Positions 9,440 through 19,169 of a stretch of DNA of 32,000 nucleotides are shown in pieces. A program made the position numbers and the translations under genes. Source of the stretch: Candidatus Helarchaeota archaeon (GTDB lineage Archaea; Asgardarchaeota; Lokiarchaeia; Helarchaeales; RDOG01); the NCBI GenBank assembly GCA_019058315.1, contig JAHPZH010000009.1, positions 108,505 through 140,504 of the forward strand, read 5' to 3'. The notes under the pieces were generated by a model. That model worked only from the letters and a program-made list of their open reading frames with translations, was not told the origin of the DNA and ran no database searches. Positions within the stretch are counted from its first letter, which is position 1. Each line of letters begins with the position of its first letter.

Positions 9440-10816
9440 TTGATATTAAAAAAATTAATACATTCCAAAATTAGTATTGAGGAAATCTTTGTGAAAGCTA
9501 AAAGAAAAGGAATAATACGAATTTTTTTAATCGTAGCTATTGTGCTCTTCACTATTCCTTTAATATCCTCAACTTCATTGGAATATACAAGCTCTTCAGA
9601 AGTAAGGATATTATTTGATGAAGCTCATGGGCAATTCTGCCAATTGGATGATTATAAAGGGAATTATATCCTAGCTCTTACCTTGTTGAACATGTCTGCT
9701 CGATATGAAGTAAGAGTCCTTAAAGATAATTCTTCGATTACACCTTTGAGACTACTTGGAGTTGATATTTTAGTTATAGGAAATCCTGGAATTAATAATA
9801 CATATGATGAAAAAGAATTAAATACAATTTCTGCTTTTGCTTTAAAGGGTGGCTCAATTTTACTAATGAGTGAAGGATATGTGGAAGATCGCTATCCATT
9901 AAATCAAAGTATTCCAAATACTACTGAATTAAATAAAATTTTAAAAGCTGTAGGTCTTGTCCAAGCCAAATTTACTAATGAAACTATTAGAGATGTCAGT
10001 CAATGGTTATATTATTATGCAGGTGATACTCATCAAATTCCAATCACTAGTGCTAGTTTCTCGCCTCAATATACAGTAGGTATGGGGATTGATATGGTAT
10101 TAATGTTTGGCTCACATATAGATATAAATCCATTTATATTTTCAAATAATATTATGGCAACTGGACGTACATTGGATCTGGGAACTTTTATTTACCCCCT
10201 TTCTACAACTACTTCGGGAACAACTCTACCTATATGGCTCGCAGGATTTCAGCTATTTACAGGATCACGAGTATTACTTTGCGGTTCAACTATGATGTTT
10301 AGTGACTTAATTCCTAGAGGTTTGGAAAGAAGAATGAAATTTGGGGAAGATAATCTTACTATTGCATCACCATGGTATTTTTCATATGATACTTCTGATT
10401 TTGGGCTTTTATTTGGTCTTCCATCATTTGATAATGCTCAATTATGGATGAATATGTTTGATTGGCTGAGTATTTCAGAAAATCAAAACTTTCTCCCTTT
10501 AATAATAGCTTTTTTAGCTGGTATAATCGGAATATTAGGAATAGGTTTTTCATTATTTATTTATGCAAAAAGGACTAAAATCAAAGAAATAAAAATAGAA
10601 ATCTCGGAACAAGAAATAGAAGAGTTGCCAACTGTATTAGAAAGAGCTGAAACTTTAAAATCTGCAAGAAAAAGTCTAAAAACTGGAGAATACTCAAAAG
10701 CAGCTGAATTATATATCAAAGCTTCAAAATTATCCTCTAAAATTAAAGATGATATTAATCGTAAAAAATTCAATAAAAAAGCAAGAGATATACGTTCTTC
10801 TAGAAAATTAAAATAA
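9440..10816 (+). CDS. Membrane-anchored protein of unknown function (possibly a DUF4350-like extracellular domain)
   Basis: 458 aa. It has an N-terminal signal anchor (IRIFLIVAIVLFTIPLISS) and a roughly 320-aa external domain. The block ILFDEAHGQ...VLVIGNPG...ELNTISAFALKGGSILLMSE recalls DUF4350/GldG-like folds; this is from memory and unverified. A C-terminal TM helix (LPLIIAFLAGIIGILGIGFSLFIYA) is followed by an 85-aa basic helical cytoplasmic tail. The start is uncertain: TTG at 9440, or an alternative GTG near 9491. Confidence 0.55.
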   Translation: MILKKLIHSKISIEEIFVKAKRKGIIRIFLIVAIVLFTIPLISSTSLEYTSSSEVRILFDEAHGQFCQLDDYKGNYILALTLLNMSARYEVRVLKDNSSITPLRLLGVDILVIGNPGINNTYDEKELNTISAFALKGGSILLMSEGYVEDRYPLNQSIPNTTELNKILKAVGLVQAKFTNETIRDVSQWLYYYAGDTHQIPITSASFSPQYTVGMGIDMVLMFGSHIDINPFIFSNNIMATGRTLDLGTFIYPLSTTTSGTTLPIWLAGFQLFTGSRVLLCGSTMMFSDLIPRGLERRMKFGEDNLTIASPWYFSYDTSDFGLLFGLPSFDNAQLWMNMFDWLSISENQNFLPLIIAFLAGIIGILGIGFSLFIYAKRTKIKEIKIEISEQEIEELPTVLERAETLKSARKSLKTGEYSKAAELYIKASKLSSKIKDDINRKKFNKKARDIRSSRKLK

Positions 10817-10870
10817 ATTTAAATTAGAAAGTCTTAACTTTACTAGAATCATTAAATAAAGGTTTGCTGC

Positions 10871-11134
10871 TTATGCTTCTTGTTCTTCGTAAATTTTATC
10901 AATAAAATGACCATATACATCAACAGGCTCGTCCAAGAATGTAATATTATCTAACTCTACTTTTAATTGGCAATTTCCACAAGTTACGATTGCTCTGCCT
11001 ATTCCATCTAAACTCGCTGGTTTAAAAATCTCAATTACAACGCTAGATTTGGTCCCACACATTGGGCAGTCAAAAACTTTTGGAATTCTTTTCCTAGGTC
11101 GACGAGCAACTTTTTGTCTCTTTCTTCTGCCCAT
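10871..11134 (-). CDS. elf1: Transcription elongation factor Elf1 homolog (zinc ribbon)
   Basis: 87 aa. The basic N-terminus MGRRKRQKVARRPRKRIPKVFDCPMCG and a second CGNC pair are followed by PVDVY..FID. This is the characteristic Elf1 layout. Confidence 0.8.
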   Translation of the reverse strand: MGRRKRQKVARRPRKRIPKVFDCPMCGTKSSVVIEIFKPASLDGIGRAIVTCGNCQLKVELDNITFLDEPVDVYGHFIDKIYEEQEA

Positions 11135-11222
11135 ATTTTCAAATCCTTTAATATTTATTAATCAAAATAAGTAAATTCAATTTATTTAATTTTTTGATTT
11201 ATATACTTCCTAAATAGTATAT

Positions 11223-11804
11223 TTAGATTTTTTTTCTTATTGTTGCAAAATCTTCAGTTTCTTGCATATTCCAAGTACAAATTTCTTTCAAATTAGACTT
11301 ATTGAACATATTTTCAAATTCTTTTAATTCTAACTCCTTTTTTAAAATAGTAAAAATTGTAAAACCTCCTCTTTTACATATTCTTTTAACTTCATTTATT
11401 GACATAACGGGATCAGGAAGGTTTTGTAATAGTGTGATTGAAAAAACAGTAGAAAATATGTTTTCCCTGAAAGGTAAAAAATCCGTATCTGCACAAATTA
11501 AATGTAAGATATTATTTTCGTTCTTTTTTAAGGCAATTTTTAACATTTCTTTGGATATATCAATACCAACTAAAAAATTGGTGTGATTTTTTAATAGATT
11601 AAAAATAAGACATGTTCCACATCCTAAATCTAAAATAGCTTCTTTTTTGAATTTTTTTAACTTATTAAAAATCATTTTATATTTTAGATTTTGGATTGAT
11701 TTATATCGTTTATCATAATTTTTAGCAGTCTGATTATATTTAGAAATCATGTCTAATTTCTTTTTAATTGAATTTATTTTCCCGAAATTTAATTTATTAG
11801 TCAT
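11223..11804 (-). CDS. Class I SAM-dependent methyltransferase (Methyltransf_11-like), substrate unknown
   Basis: 193 aa. Motif I is ILDLGCGTC. The post-I and motif II/III spacing is DISKEML...ADTDFLPF....FSTVFS. Its start overlaps the stop of the upstream gene by 8 nt, so the two are operonic. Confidence 0.7.
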   Translation of the reverse strand: MTNKLNFGKINSIKKKLDMISKYNQTAKNYDKRYKSIQNLKYKMIFNKLKKFKKEAILDLGCGTCLIFNLLKNHTNFLVGIDISKEMLKIALKKNENNILHLICADTDFLPFRENIFSTVFSITLLQNLPDPVMSINEVKRICKRGGFTIFTILKKELELKEFENMFNKSNLKEICTWNMQETEDFATIRKKI

Positions 11805-12363
11805 TATCGTCTATTTCGCTCTTTGATACTAAAGATTCAATCATTTCATGAAAGTCAAATAAAAAATCATCTAATATTTTTTCACGCGTCTTCATAGTTT
11901 CCTTTTCAGATAATCTTAACAATAACGAATCATCTTTTCTTATGGAATTAATAATCATCTCAATTATCAATTCTTTAATCTTTTTAAGCCCTTCATCAGT
12001 AAATCTGTAGATTTTTTTGGTCTTCCCTCTACAATGAGCGTATTTCGTCGCTATAATGAATTTACAAATCCCATTTTTTTCCCATTTTTTCAAAATGTCC
12101 TTTACTAATCTATGAGTTATAGAAAATTTCGTATTTGGTTTATTTAATATCTTTAATACTAATTTTGCTAATTGTGAACTCGGAAAATCGTAACTATGCC
12201 ATTTAGAATTTACACCAACAACATATTCAGCGATAATCCATTCAATAATTTTTTCTTCTTCCTTTAATTTTTTAATTATCCCCAATTCTAAAGATGATTT
12301 CCTTTTCTTTATTGCTTTGACCATATAGATATTAATAATGATTTTATAATATAAGGATTTCAA
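11797..12363 (-). CDS. Hypothetical protein with a probable winged-helix domain
   Basis: 188 aa. The likelier start is the internal MVKAIKKRK at 12324. The segment SQLAKLVLKILNK...ITHRLVKDILKKWEKNGI...GKTKKIYRFTDEG reads as helix-turn-helix plus a beta wing. I recognise no family. Confidence 0.4.
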   Translation of the reverse strand: MKSLYYKIIINIYMVKAIKKRKSSLELGIIKKLKEEEKIIEWIIAEYVVGVNSKWHSYDFPSSQLAKLVLKILNKPNTKFSITHRLVKDILKKWEKNGICKFIIATKYAHCRGKTKKIYRFTDEGLKKIKELIIEMIINSIRKDDSLLLRLSEKETMKTREKILDDFLFDFHEMIESLVSKSEIDDND

Positions 12364-12441
12364 TCCTAAATGAATTTAGAATAAAAAGAAGAAAAATAAT
12401 TAATTTAACTAATTTGATAAAAATAGATAAATAATTTATAA

Positions 12442-14253
12442 TTATTTAGAAAGACTTTCTAAACTACGTTTAATAGTTTTAACCTTTGTCCATATTTCGT
12501 CCGCTAGCTTTATTTCTTCTAATTGCTCCGAAATTATTGCGGCTCTTTCTAAAAATCTCACTGCATCATTGAAATTTTCTTTATCAATAGCACCGTCAGC
12601 TTCCTCCATTACTTTTTTCCTTTCTTCTCTAAGAGTTGTTTTTTCTTCATCTGAGAGCTCTATTTTCTCTATTTTTTCTGGAGCTTCTTTGATTTCCTCT
12701 TTTTTTTCTATTTTTAATTTTTTATGAATTTCCTTTTCTAATATTAAGATTTTTTGTAATTCTTCTTCTGCCCCTTCTTCTTTAATTTCAACGAGCTGCA
12801 TTCCAATTTTTTTAGCTCTTTCGAGAGGTGCAAGAGCAACATCATACAATTTGTTTTTAATTGCTCTCTTAACTTTAATTAATTCTTCTTTTTGATCATT
12901 CTTAAGTTGGTCAATTTGTTTTTTATCAAGAATTGGCTTAACTCTGGGTAATTTTGGTTTAGCTATTGGTTTTACTTTTATAACCGGTTTGGGTTTAGGT
13001 ACTTCTTTCATTTTAATTTTAGGTTTTGCAGGTAGTTTAACTTTAGGTTTTGCTTCTTCTTTAGCAATTCGTTCGTCTTCTTCTTTTTTCATCAACATTG
13101 CAGCTCTTGTACCAAACATTGCTACTTCGGGCGATAATCCTTGAAATATACCTTTTAAAAGATTTAAATGTTGCAATGCAAGACTCTGGGAAATATTTCG
13201 TTCACCCCACCTTCTACGAATTGCATCCACCATGTATTCGGGAAAAAATGTTGGATAAGCTATATCATTTAATAAATAAATAAGATCGTTTCCATCCTTT
13301 TGTTTTATTTCTTTTATTAATTCTATTTTATTAAGCGCACTTAATTTTGCATCCAAGCTTGTTGGATTAAGGTTAAGAGTTTTAATAAGTGCTTCTTTCT
13401 CCTGATAATTCTGCCTTAAAACTGAAATTACAGAATATAAATCTGGATCTGAAAATATTATTGAACATTCTTTACTATCTTTTTCCTCTAATTTATATTT
13501 TTTAAAAAATCTTTGAACATCATTCCTATAACCACTAAATATTGCCTTTTTAACTTTCCCTTTCTTTCCAAATTGTTTAATCATATTTTTGGCAGGAACT
13601 CTCATGAAGAATACATCTTTTATTAAAAATAAGCATTCAGTCTCCGCGCTTATTTCAGTTGGGATTTTAAATTCTTTTAAGATATTAGTTTTGAAAAATG
13701 GCATTAATAATCCATCTAAATCTAATACATCTTCACCCATTCTATCACTAAGCCATTTACGTAAAACTTCTTTAATTACTGCTCCTTCAGTTAATTTTCT
13801 TAAAATTAGTACTCGAGTTGGGTTCTTGAAGATGAAAGAAAACCTTTGTTCATCAGTTAAAGATAAGAATTTTGGAATTTTTTCAAAATAACTCCTTAAA
13901 ATATCAGTAAAATTTGGCTTTTTTCGTTGTTCAACTATTTCATAAATAGTTTCAACCAGTGATTCTTCATATATACTAGGATCTTCAGTATCTTCTAATA
14001 TTAAAGCAACATAGAATTGATCTCTTCCTTCTTCTGGAAGACCTGTATAATAAGAACAAATATTTAAGCCTTCAATCATCATAGAAAGAAAACCCGCCTC
14101 GCCACCACCCATTGCATGTGTTGTAAATATTCGCAATAATTGATCTTCAGAAATTGAAATGTTGGGATATTTTCCTTCAAGAACAATTCCTATTTTGTCA
14201 TCCCATCTGACAAGGACAATTCCTCTTGGAATTTTAAAAACCTCTTTTATCAA
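12442..14253 (-). CDS. Large multidomain hypothetical protein: longin/roadblock-like N-terminus, winged-helix-like regions, Lys/Pro-rich linker, C-terminal coiled coil
   Basis: 603 aa, a long intact ORF. See the findings for the domain reasoning. The coding call is solid; the function is unknown. Confidence 0.6.
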   Translation of the reverse strand: MIKEVFKIPRGIVLVRWDDKIGIVLEGKYPNISISEDQLLRIFTTHAMGGGEAGFLSMMIEGLNICSYYTGLPEEGRDQFYVALILEDTEDPSIYEESLVETIYEIVEQRKKPNFTDILRSYFEKIPKFLSLTDEQRFSFIFKNPTRVLILRKLTEGAVIKEVLRKWLSDRMGEDVLDLDGLLMPFFKTNILKEFKIPTEISAETECLFLIKDVFFMRVPAKNMIKQFGKKGKVKKAIFSGYRNDVQRFFKKYKLEEKDSKECSIIFSDPDLYSVISVLRQNYQEKEALIKTLNLNPTSLDAKLSALNKIELIKEIKQKDGNDLIYLLNDIAYPTFFPEYMVDAIRRRWGERNISQSLALQHLNLLKGIFQGLSPEVAMFGTRAAMLMKKEEDERIAKEEAKPKVKLPAKPKIKMKEVPKPKPVIKVKPIAKPKLPRVKPILDKKQIDQLKNDQKEELIKVKRAIKNKLYDVALAPLERAKKIGMQLVEIKEEGAEEELQKILILEKEIHKKLKIEKKEEIKEAPEKIEKIELSDEEKTTLREERKKVMEEADGAIDKENFNDAVRFLERAAIISEQLEEIKLADEIWTKVKTIKRSLESLSK

Positions 14254-14632
14254 TTCTCAAATATAATTCTGAATAGTTATCATAATAAATGAAGGTTATT
14301 AAATGAATAGACTAATTTTCTAATAAGTCATTTATATCTGTATTCTTTTTTTTATATTTTGTTGAGTATTTTTAAATTCAATAATTATACAAACTTTCAC
14401 GTTAAATAATAATTTTAGATAAAATTACCAATTTAAAAAACAAGTTTATTCTTTAATTAATAAAAAAGTTTAGGTATTAAATAATTAATAACTAGGTATA
14501 TACAGAAACCGTTTGAAACAGTTATAAATTAAGATATAGCCATTTGAATTTTAAAGTTTTTAGAGAAAAAGGAAAGAAGGGTCAGAAAATAAGAAATTTT
14601 TTAAAAAATATTATTCTCATGTGAAAACTGAA

Positions 14633-14920
14633 TTAACCGAACAATGCTCCTAATCCAGTCGCTTCCTCTTTCTTTTCTTCTTTCTTTTCCTCTTTCTTTT
14701 CCTTTTTTGGTGCTTCAGGAGCTGTAGATTGAATTATAGGCATAGCTTGTGAACTACTTAAGGCTTCTTCTATATTCACGCCTTCTAAAGCTGCAATAAC
14801 AGCTTTAATCCTTCCAGTGTCGAGAGTTATTCCAGCGGCGGTCATGACTTTTTTTAGATTTTCTTCATTAATATCTTTTCCAGCTTTATGAAGCAATAAA
14901 GAGCCATATATATATTCCAT
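14633..14920 (-). CDS. rpl12: Ribosomal stalk protein P1 (archaeal L12)
   Basis: 95 aa. The sequence [19 protein letters not shown]...AG is followed by an [12 protein letters not shown] hinge and the conserved stalk C-terminus GLGALFG. Confidence 0.95.
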   Translation of the reverse strand: MEYIYGSLLLHKAGKDINEENLKKVMTAAGITLDTGRIKAVIAALEGVNIEEALSSSQAMPIIQSTAPEAPKKEKKEEKKEEKKEEATGLGALFG

Positions 14921-14932
14921 TTTTATACCTCC

Positions 14933-15919
14933 TTAACCAAATAAACTACCTAATCCACCTGAACTCGTTTCTTCGGGGGGTTTTTCCTTTTCTTTTTCTT
15001 CTACCTTTTCTTTTTCTTGAGTTTGTGTCGGGACTTCTATTGGTAGCGCGTTTGGATCAATTTCTAAAATTTTTGATAATATTATGTTTGAATTATTATA
15101 AGCCTTAAATAAAATATCATTTATAAATTCTTTTTCAATAACAGGTGCACTTATTATTACAGACTTCGCTTGTTGATTAGCTTTCTGTAAAAGATGTGTG
15201 ATATTTTCTTTATTTGGGAATGTAATTTCGATTGATAAATTCAAAGCAGAAGTATGAGCTGAAGTCAATTGTCCAAATATTTCGCTAAAATCTACTTCGA
15301 GATCTTCTCCTTTAAGTATCACGCCACTATCTAGGGCTGTATATAAGGATAAACCTACTTTCATTGGAAAAATATTAAGTTTAGTTAATACAATAGCCAG
15401 TTGTAATGAGATCTCGTCCCCTTGTTTAGCAATTACTTTTTCTTCTTTTATATGAATAGTACCTGATTGTACTTTTGTTTGTAATCCGACTGAATTCAAT
15501 TCACTTATAACTGGTCCTGGTGGAAAACCTGTATCTTTTTCAGGAATAATGATATCAATTGGTGTGATATCGCCAGATTTTGCGGGAGCTTGAGCCTTAT
15601 TTTCATTTAATATTTTTACTAATTTAAAAATGTTCAAATCTGTAAAAATGAGAGCTGTGGACCCTTTCATTTCGTCCATTAATTTTTTATATCCTGGTTT
15701 ATCTCCAAATTTTTCAAATGCGAATTTGATTAACCGACTTTTAGCCATACGTATTACAGCAGTATCTCGAAGTTTTTTTCTAATAATCTGTAGCTGTTTT
15801 GAAGGAATTTTTTCCATTTTACATAGACCAATGATTGGATAACTTTCTATCAGTTTAGTTAACTCTTTAATTGTCTCTATCTTATGCTGAGGTATTTTTT
15901 TCTTGGCTGTTGTAGACAT
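14933..15919 (-). CDS. rplP0: Ribosomal protein uL10 (P0)
   Basis: 328 aa. It sits between L1 and P1, has a uL10 N-terminal domain, and shares the stalk tail GGLGSLFG with P1. Confidence 0.95.
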   Translation of the reverse strand: MSTTAKKKIPQHKIETIKELTKLIESYPIIGLCKMEKIPSKQLQIIRKKLRDTAVIRMAKSRLIKFAFEKFGDKPGYKKLMDEMKGSTALIFTDLNIFKLVKILNENKAQAPAKSGDITPIDIIIPEKDTGFPPGPVISELNSVGLQTKVQSGTIHIKEEKVIAKQGDEISLQLAIVLTKLNIFPMKVGLSLYTALDSGVILKGEDLEVDFSEIFGQLTSAHTSALNLSIEITFPNKENITHLLQKANQQAKSVIISAPVIEKEFINDILFKAYNNSNIILSKILEIDPNALPIEVPTQTQEKEKVEEKEKEKPPEETSSGGLGSLFG

Positions 15920-15921
15920 TT

Positions 15922-16599
15922 TTATTTCCTCAAGGGTATTTTAACAGGGGGACTCATTGTTGCTTTAATAAATATTGATTTTACATTTCGTAAACCTTTC
16001 TCTAAATTATGTTCTAAATAATTCATTAAAACTTGAAGATTTTCAAATATTTCTTTAGATTCCATTTTTTCGTTCCCAATTGCAGTTTGAATAATGGGGT
16101 TCTTTTTTATTCGAAATCTGGCGGTTTTTTTGTATTTGTCTAAAATTTCCTCTAAATCCGATTTTGGATTTACAATGGCAGCACCTTTTGGGGGGGCAAG
16201 TGGCATTTTTCCAAGTGGTCCTAAAACAGGCCCTAAAAAACGTCCAACATTTGGCATTAAGTCGATTCCTACTATAAAAAAGTCGAAATCCTTAGCAATC
16301 TTTTTGGCAGATTTTCTGTCACTACCTAGACGCCCTAATTCTTCTTTATCAATTATCTTATCCGCTCCAGCTTTTTCAGCTCTTAGAGCAATATCGCCCT
16401 GTGCAATTACACAGATTTTTACATCCTTAATTGGATATTTAAGAGTTATTTCAGCATTTATTCTATTTTGTGGTTGATTCAAATCCAAATCTTTTAAATT
16501 AATAACAATATCAATTGTTTGAGTGAATTTTCTCGGCTTGGATTTTTTCTTTATCTCTTCAAGGGCAATATTAACATTTTCGGTAGTTACAGACATCAA
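15922..16599 (-). CDS. rpl1: Ribosomal protein uL1
   Basis: 225 aa. L1 signature blocks are FTQTIDIVINLK, ADKII..EEL, DFFIVG.DLMP.VGR.LGP.LGP.GKMP. Confidence 0.95.
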   Translation of the reverse strand: MMSVTTENVNIALEEIKKKSKPRKFTQTIDIVINLKDLDLNQPQNRINAEITLKYPIKDVKICVIAQGDIALRAEKAGADKIIDKEELGRLGSDRKSAKKIAKDFDFFIVGIDLMPNVGRFLGPVLGPLGKMPLAPPKGAAIVNPKSDLEEILDKYKKTARFRIKKNPIIQTAIGNEKMESKEIFENLQVLMNYLEHNLEKGLRNVKSIFIKATMSPPVKIPLRK

Positions 16600-16691
16600 T
16601 CACACCAGTCTGTTTTATTATTAGTTTATTTAGTAAAAAAAATTAATCTTATTAAATATTATCAAAAAATTAAATTTAGAAAAAATTTAAT

Positions 16692-17180
16692 CTACAATAC
16701 AATTTGAGAATCATATTCATTTTGATCAACAGCTTTTTGAATATCTCTTGGATCTTGCCCTTCGACAGTTACTCCCAGACTTATACAAGTGCCTAAGACT
16801 GTCTTAACGGCGTTTTTAAGATCTTTTGCAAGTAACTGTTCTTTTTTTGCTTTGGCTATTGTAACTATGATAGAAAAATCAAGATCTCCTATCTTTTCAT
16901 CCTTCGGATTACCGCTTCCTTTTTCAGCTTCAGGTATTTCTTTTAAAATCAGTGCTGATGTAGGAGGACTCATAACTTCAACTTCAAATTCCTTTGTATC
17001 TGTGTCTACGACTATTTTAACTGGTACTTTGAGCCCCGTATATTCTTTTGTTAATTCATTTATCTTCTTAACTATTTGTAAAAGATTCGCACCAGTCGAA
17101 CCTAACTTTGGTCCAATTGGAGGACCAGCTGAGGCTTTACCACCTTCAACAAGAGCTTCACACGTAACTTTTCCACCCAT
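16692..17180 (-). CDS. rpl11: Ribosomal protein uL11
   Basis: 162 aa. The motifs GGKASAGPPIGP.LG..G.N and MSPPTSALILKE are canonical uL11. It is the first gene of the L11-L1-L10-L12 cluster. Confidence 0.95.
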   Translation of the reverse strand: MGGKVTCEALVEGGKASAGPPIGPKLGSTGANLLQIVKKINELTKEYTGLKVPVKIVVDTDTKEFEVEVMSPPTSALILKEIPEAEKGSGNPKDEKIGDLDFSIIVTIAKAKKEQLLAKDLKNAVKTVLGTCISLGVTVEGQDPRDIQKAVDQNEYDSQIVL

Positions 17181-17424
17181 ATATTGAAACTTCCGGTATT
17201 TTTCTATAACTTATTAGTAATGTTCTTTTCAATAATATATTTCTATTCTATTGGTCTGTAACATTATATTTACCTTTAAATTTTAAATTTTCTTAACTAA
17301 ATCATAATCAAGATTTGAGCGAATTTTAATGATAATGTAGGCGCGATAAAAAAAAATCTCGATTTTTTTATAAGCGGAAGCTAGTATTAAAAAATTATAA
17401 AATCAAAATGGTGGTAAAATTACA

Positions 17425-17931
17425 TTGGTTAAAATAGGGATAATTTCCGATACTCATGATAATATTGAAACTGCAAAAAAGGCTGTTCAATATTTCAATT
17501 CAATCAATATAGACTATTGTTTACATGCTGGGGATATTATTGCCCCTTTTATGGCGAACTTAGTTTTTAATGATTTAAAATGTAAAGGAAATTTAATATT
17601 AGTACAAGGTAATAATGATGGGGAAATTACGGGAAATAAACTTAATTTTACTAAGATTGGGAGTAATTTTGCAGGAAATTACTACGTCGGAATAATCGAT
17701 AATAAAAATATATTAATGCAACATGATATTCATCCAAAAATTTTAGAATCTATAGCATCTTCAAATAAATTCGACATTATAATTCATGGACATACTCATT
17801 CCTCAGAGAAAAAAAATATTGGAAATACAATTATCCTCAATCCAGGTGAATGTTGTGGCATTTTAAGTGGAAAAAATACAATTGCGATAATCGATACTGA
17901 AAAGATGGATGCAAAAATCATAACCCTATAA
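17425..17931 (+). CDS. MJ0936/YfcE-family metallophosphoesterase
   Basis: 168 aa with a TTG start. All the calcineurin-fold metal motifs are present: ISDTHDN, HAGD, GNND and HGHTH. Confidence 0.8.
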   Translation: MVKIGIISDTHDNIETAKKAVQYFNSINIDYCLHAGDIIAPFMANLVFNDLKCKGNLILVQGNNDGEITGNKLNFTKIGSNFAGNYYVGIIDNKNILMQHDIHPKILESIASSNKFDIIIHGHTHSSEKKNIGNTIILNPGECCGILSGKNTIAIIDTEKMDAKIITL

Positions 17932-19144
17932 TTTTTTTTGGAGCCTCTAATTTAGCAATAAAAAATCCGGAAGTTTTATGAATATCGGGATAAAATCGTT
18001 GTAAATTATTGTATCTAATATTATTTTCCGTTAGTTCTCCAGGAGAACCTATAAACACATTTTGTTCTTTAATTTTACAATCGAATTTTTCAATCATATA
18101 TTTTATATTCAACTCATTTTCTTCTGGAGAAAATGTACATGTGCTATAAACTATTATTCCACCGGGTTTTACGATTTTTAACGCAATATGGATAAAATAT
18201 TTTTGGTATTTAGCACTATTAATTATATCTTCTTCCGTTTTTGTCTCGTATAACTTTGGTCGAACACCTAAAGCTGAACAAGGAGGATCAATTAAGACTT
18301 TATCAGCAGAATTAGAGAATTCGGAAAGTAAAAGCTTTGAATCTCCAATTCTTGAAGATATATTTTTAATTCCCAAACGATTAGAGTTTTCATTTAATTT
18401 CTCAATTTTATTTTTAGATCTATCAATAGCGATAATTTCTCCTTGATTTTTCATTAATTGAGCAATATGGGTTGATTTACCTCCAATTCCTGCACATAGA
18501 TCCACAATTAATTCATTTTTTTGAGGATTTAATATTCTAGAAGTTAAAATAGAAGGTAAGGCTTGATTATAAAAGAGACCTTCACTAAACAACTGAGTTT
18601 TTTTCAAATTTGGGATAGAGTAGAGAGATTTTATATTTTCGAATATAATTCCTTTTCTAATTTTCCCAAGCTCTTTGTAATCTCTTGTAGCTAAGCCTAT
18701 TGCAATAGGAATTTCAGTTTCACTAAGAATTGTAATTTGTTCTCCTTGTAAGAATTTATCAAATTTTTGAATTCCAGGAATATATAAATCCGAACCACAA
18801 AGAACACTTTCTGAAGCAAATTTATCAATGATTACTTTTTTCTTTAGTATTGGAATTTCATTTGGACCTTTTCTAGGAAGAATAATTGCTTCAGGTACGA
18901 TTTTATGCTGTTTGGCTTTTATTCCTAAATTCTCAAGATTTTTAATTAATTTTTTTGGCGAAATTTTAAGTGTATTTGTTCGAATTGTATAAATTTCACT
19001 AGGAGTCTTTAGAGATTCCAATATTTTTATTGTTCTTTCTTTATATCTTTTCAAAAATCGTTCAATAATACTTTTAGGATAAAGAAATTTTTCAGATAAT
19101 TCTAAAAGCTGACTATTTGGGCTTATTTTCATTAAATACCCCAT
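17918..19144 (-). CDS. NOL1/NOP2/Sun-family RNA cytosine-C5 methyltransferase with a PUA-like middle domain
   Basis: 408 aa. The SAM motif is DLCAGIGGKSTH. The catalytic Cys motifs are DPPCSALG and YSTCT. Confidence 0.85.
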   Translation of the reverse strand: MGYLMKISPNSQLLELSEKFLYPKSIIERFLKRYKERTIKILESLKTPSEIYTIRTNTLKISPKKLIKNLENLGIKAKQHKIVPEAIILPRKGPNEIPILKKKVIIDKFASESVLCGSDLYIPGIQKFDKFLQGEQITILSETEIPIAIGLATRDYKELGKIRKGIIFENIKSLYSIPNLKKTQLFSEGLFYNQALPSILTSRILNPQKNELIVDLCAGIGGKSTHIAQLMKNQGEIIAIDRSKNKIEKLNENSNRLGIKNISSRIGDSKLLLSEFSNSADKVLIDPPCSALGVRPKLYETKTEEDIINSAKYQKYFIHIALKIVKPGGIIVYSTCTFSPEENELNIKYMIEKFDCKIKEQNVFIGSPGELTENNIRYNNLQRFYPDIHKTSGFFIAKLEAPKKIIGL

Positions 19145-19169
19145 ACTTCAATACAAAATTAAAAATTTA

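Noticed and set aside
14507-14523. An imperfect palindrome, aaccgtttgaaacagtt, in the long intergenic region downstream of the P1 gene
   Set aside because: The stem has a mismatch and the loop would be 1 nt, so no stable hairpin can form. It is likely chance in AT-rich spacer DNA.
14650-14710. A short tandem CT-rich DNA repeat (ctttcttttc units)
   Set aside because: It encodes the [12 protein letters not shown] hinge of stalk protein P1, a normal low-complexity feature of P1/P0 proteins. It is not a non-coding repeat or a CRISPR-like element.
16094-17187. ORFs 16094..16477, 16519..16707 and 16789..17187 on the plus strand
   Set aside because: They are antisense to the unambiguous ribosomal protein genes uL1 and uL11. 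Their products are low-complexity and unlike any family I recognise.
17425-17931. Interpreting the metallophosphoesterase as a Vps29 (retromer) homolog, i.e. another eukaryote-like trafficking gene
   Set aside because: All the catalytic metal-binding motifs (DTHD, GD, GNND, HGHTH) are intact. That is typical of the widespread MJ0936/YfcE enzymes. There are no retromer partners nearby, and the shared fold alone does not support the call.
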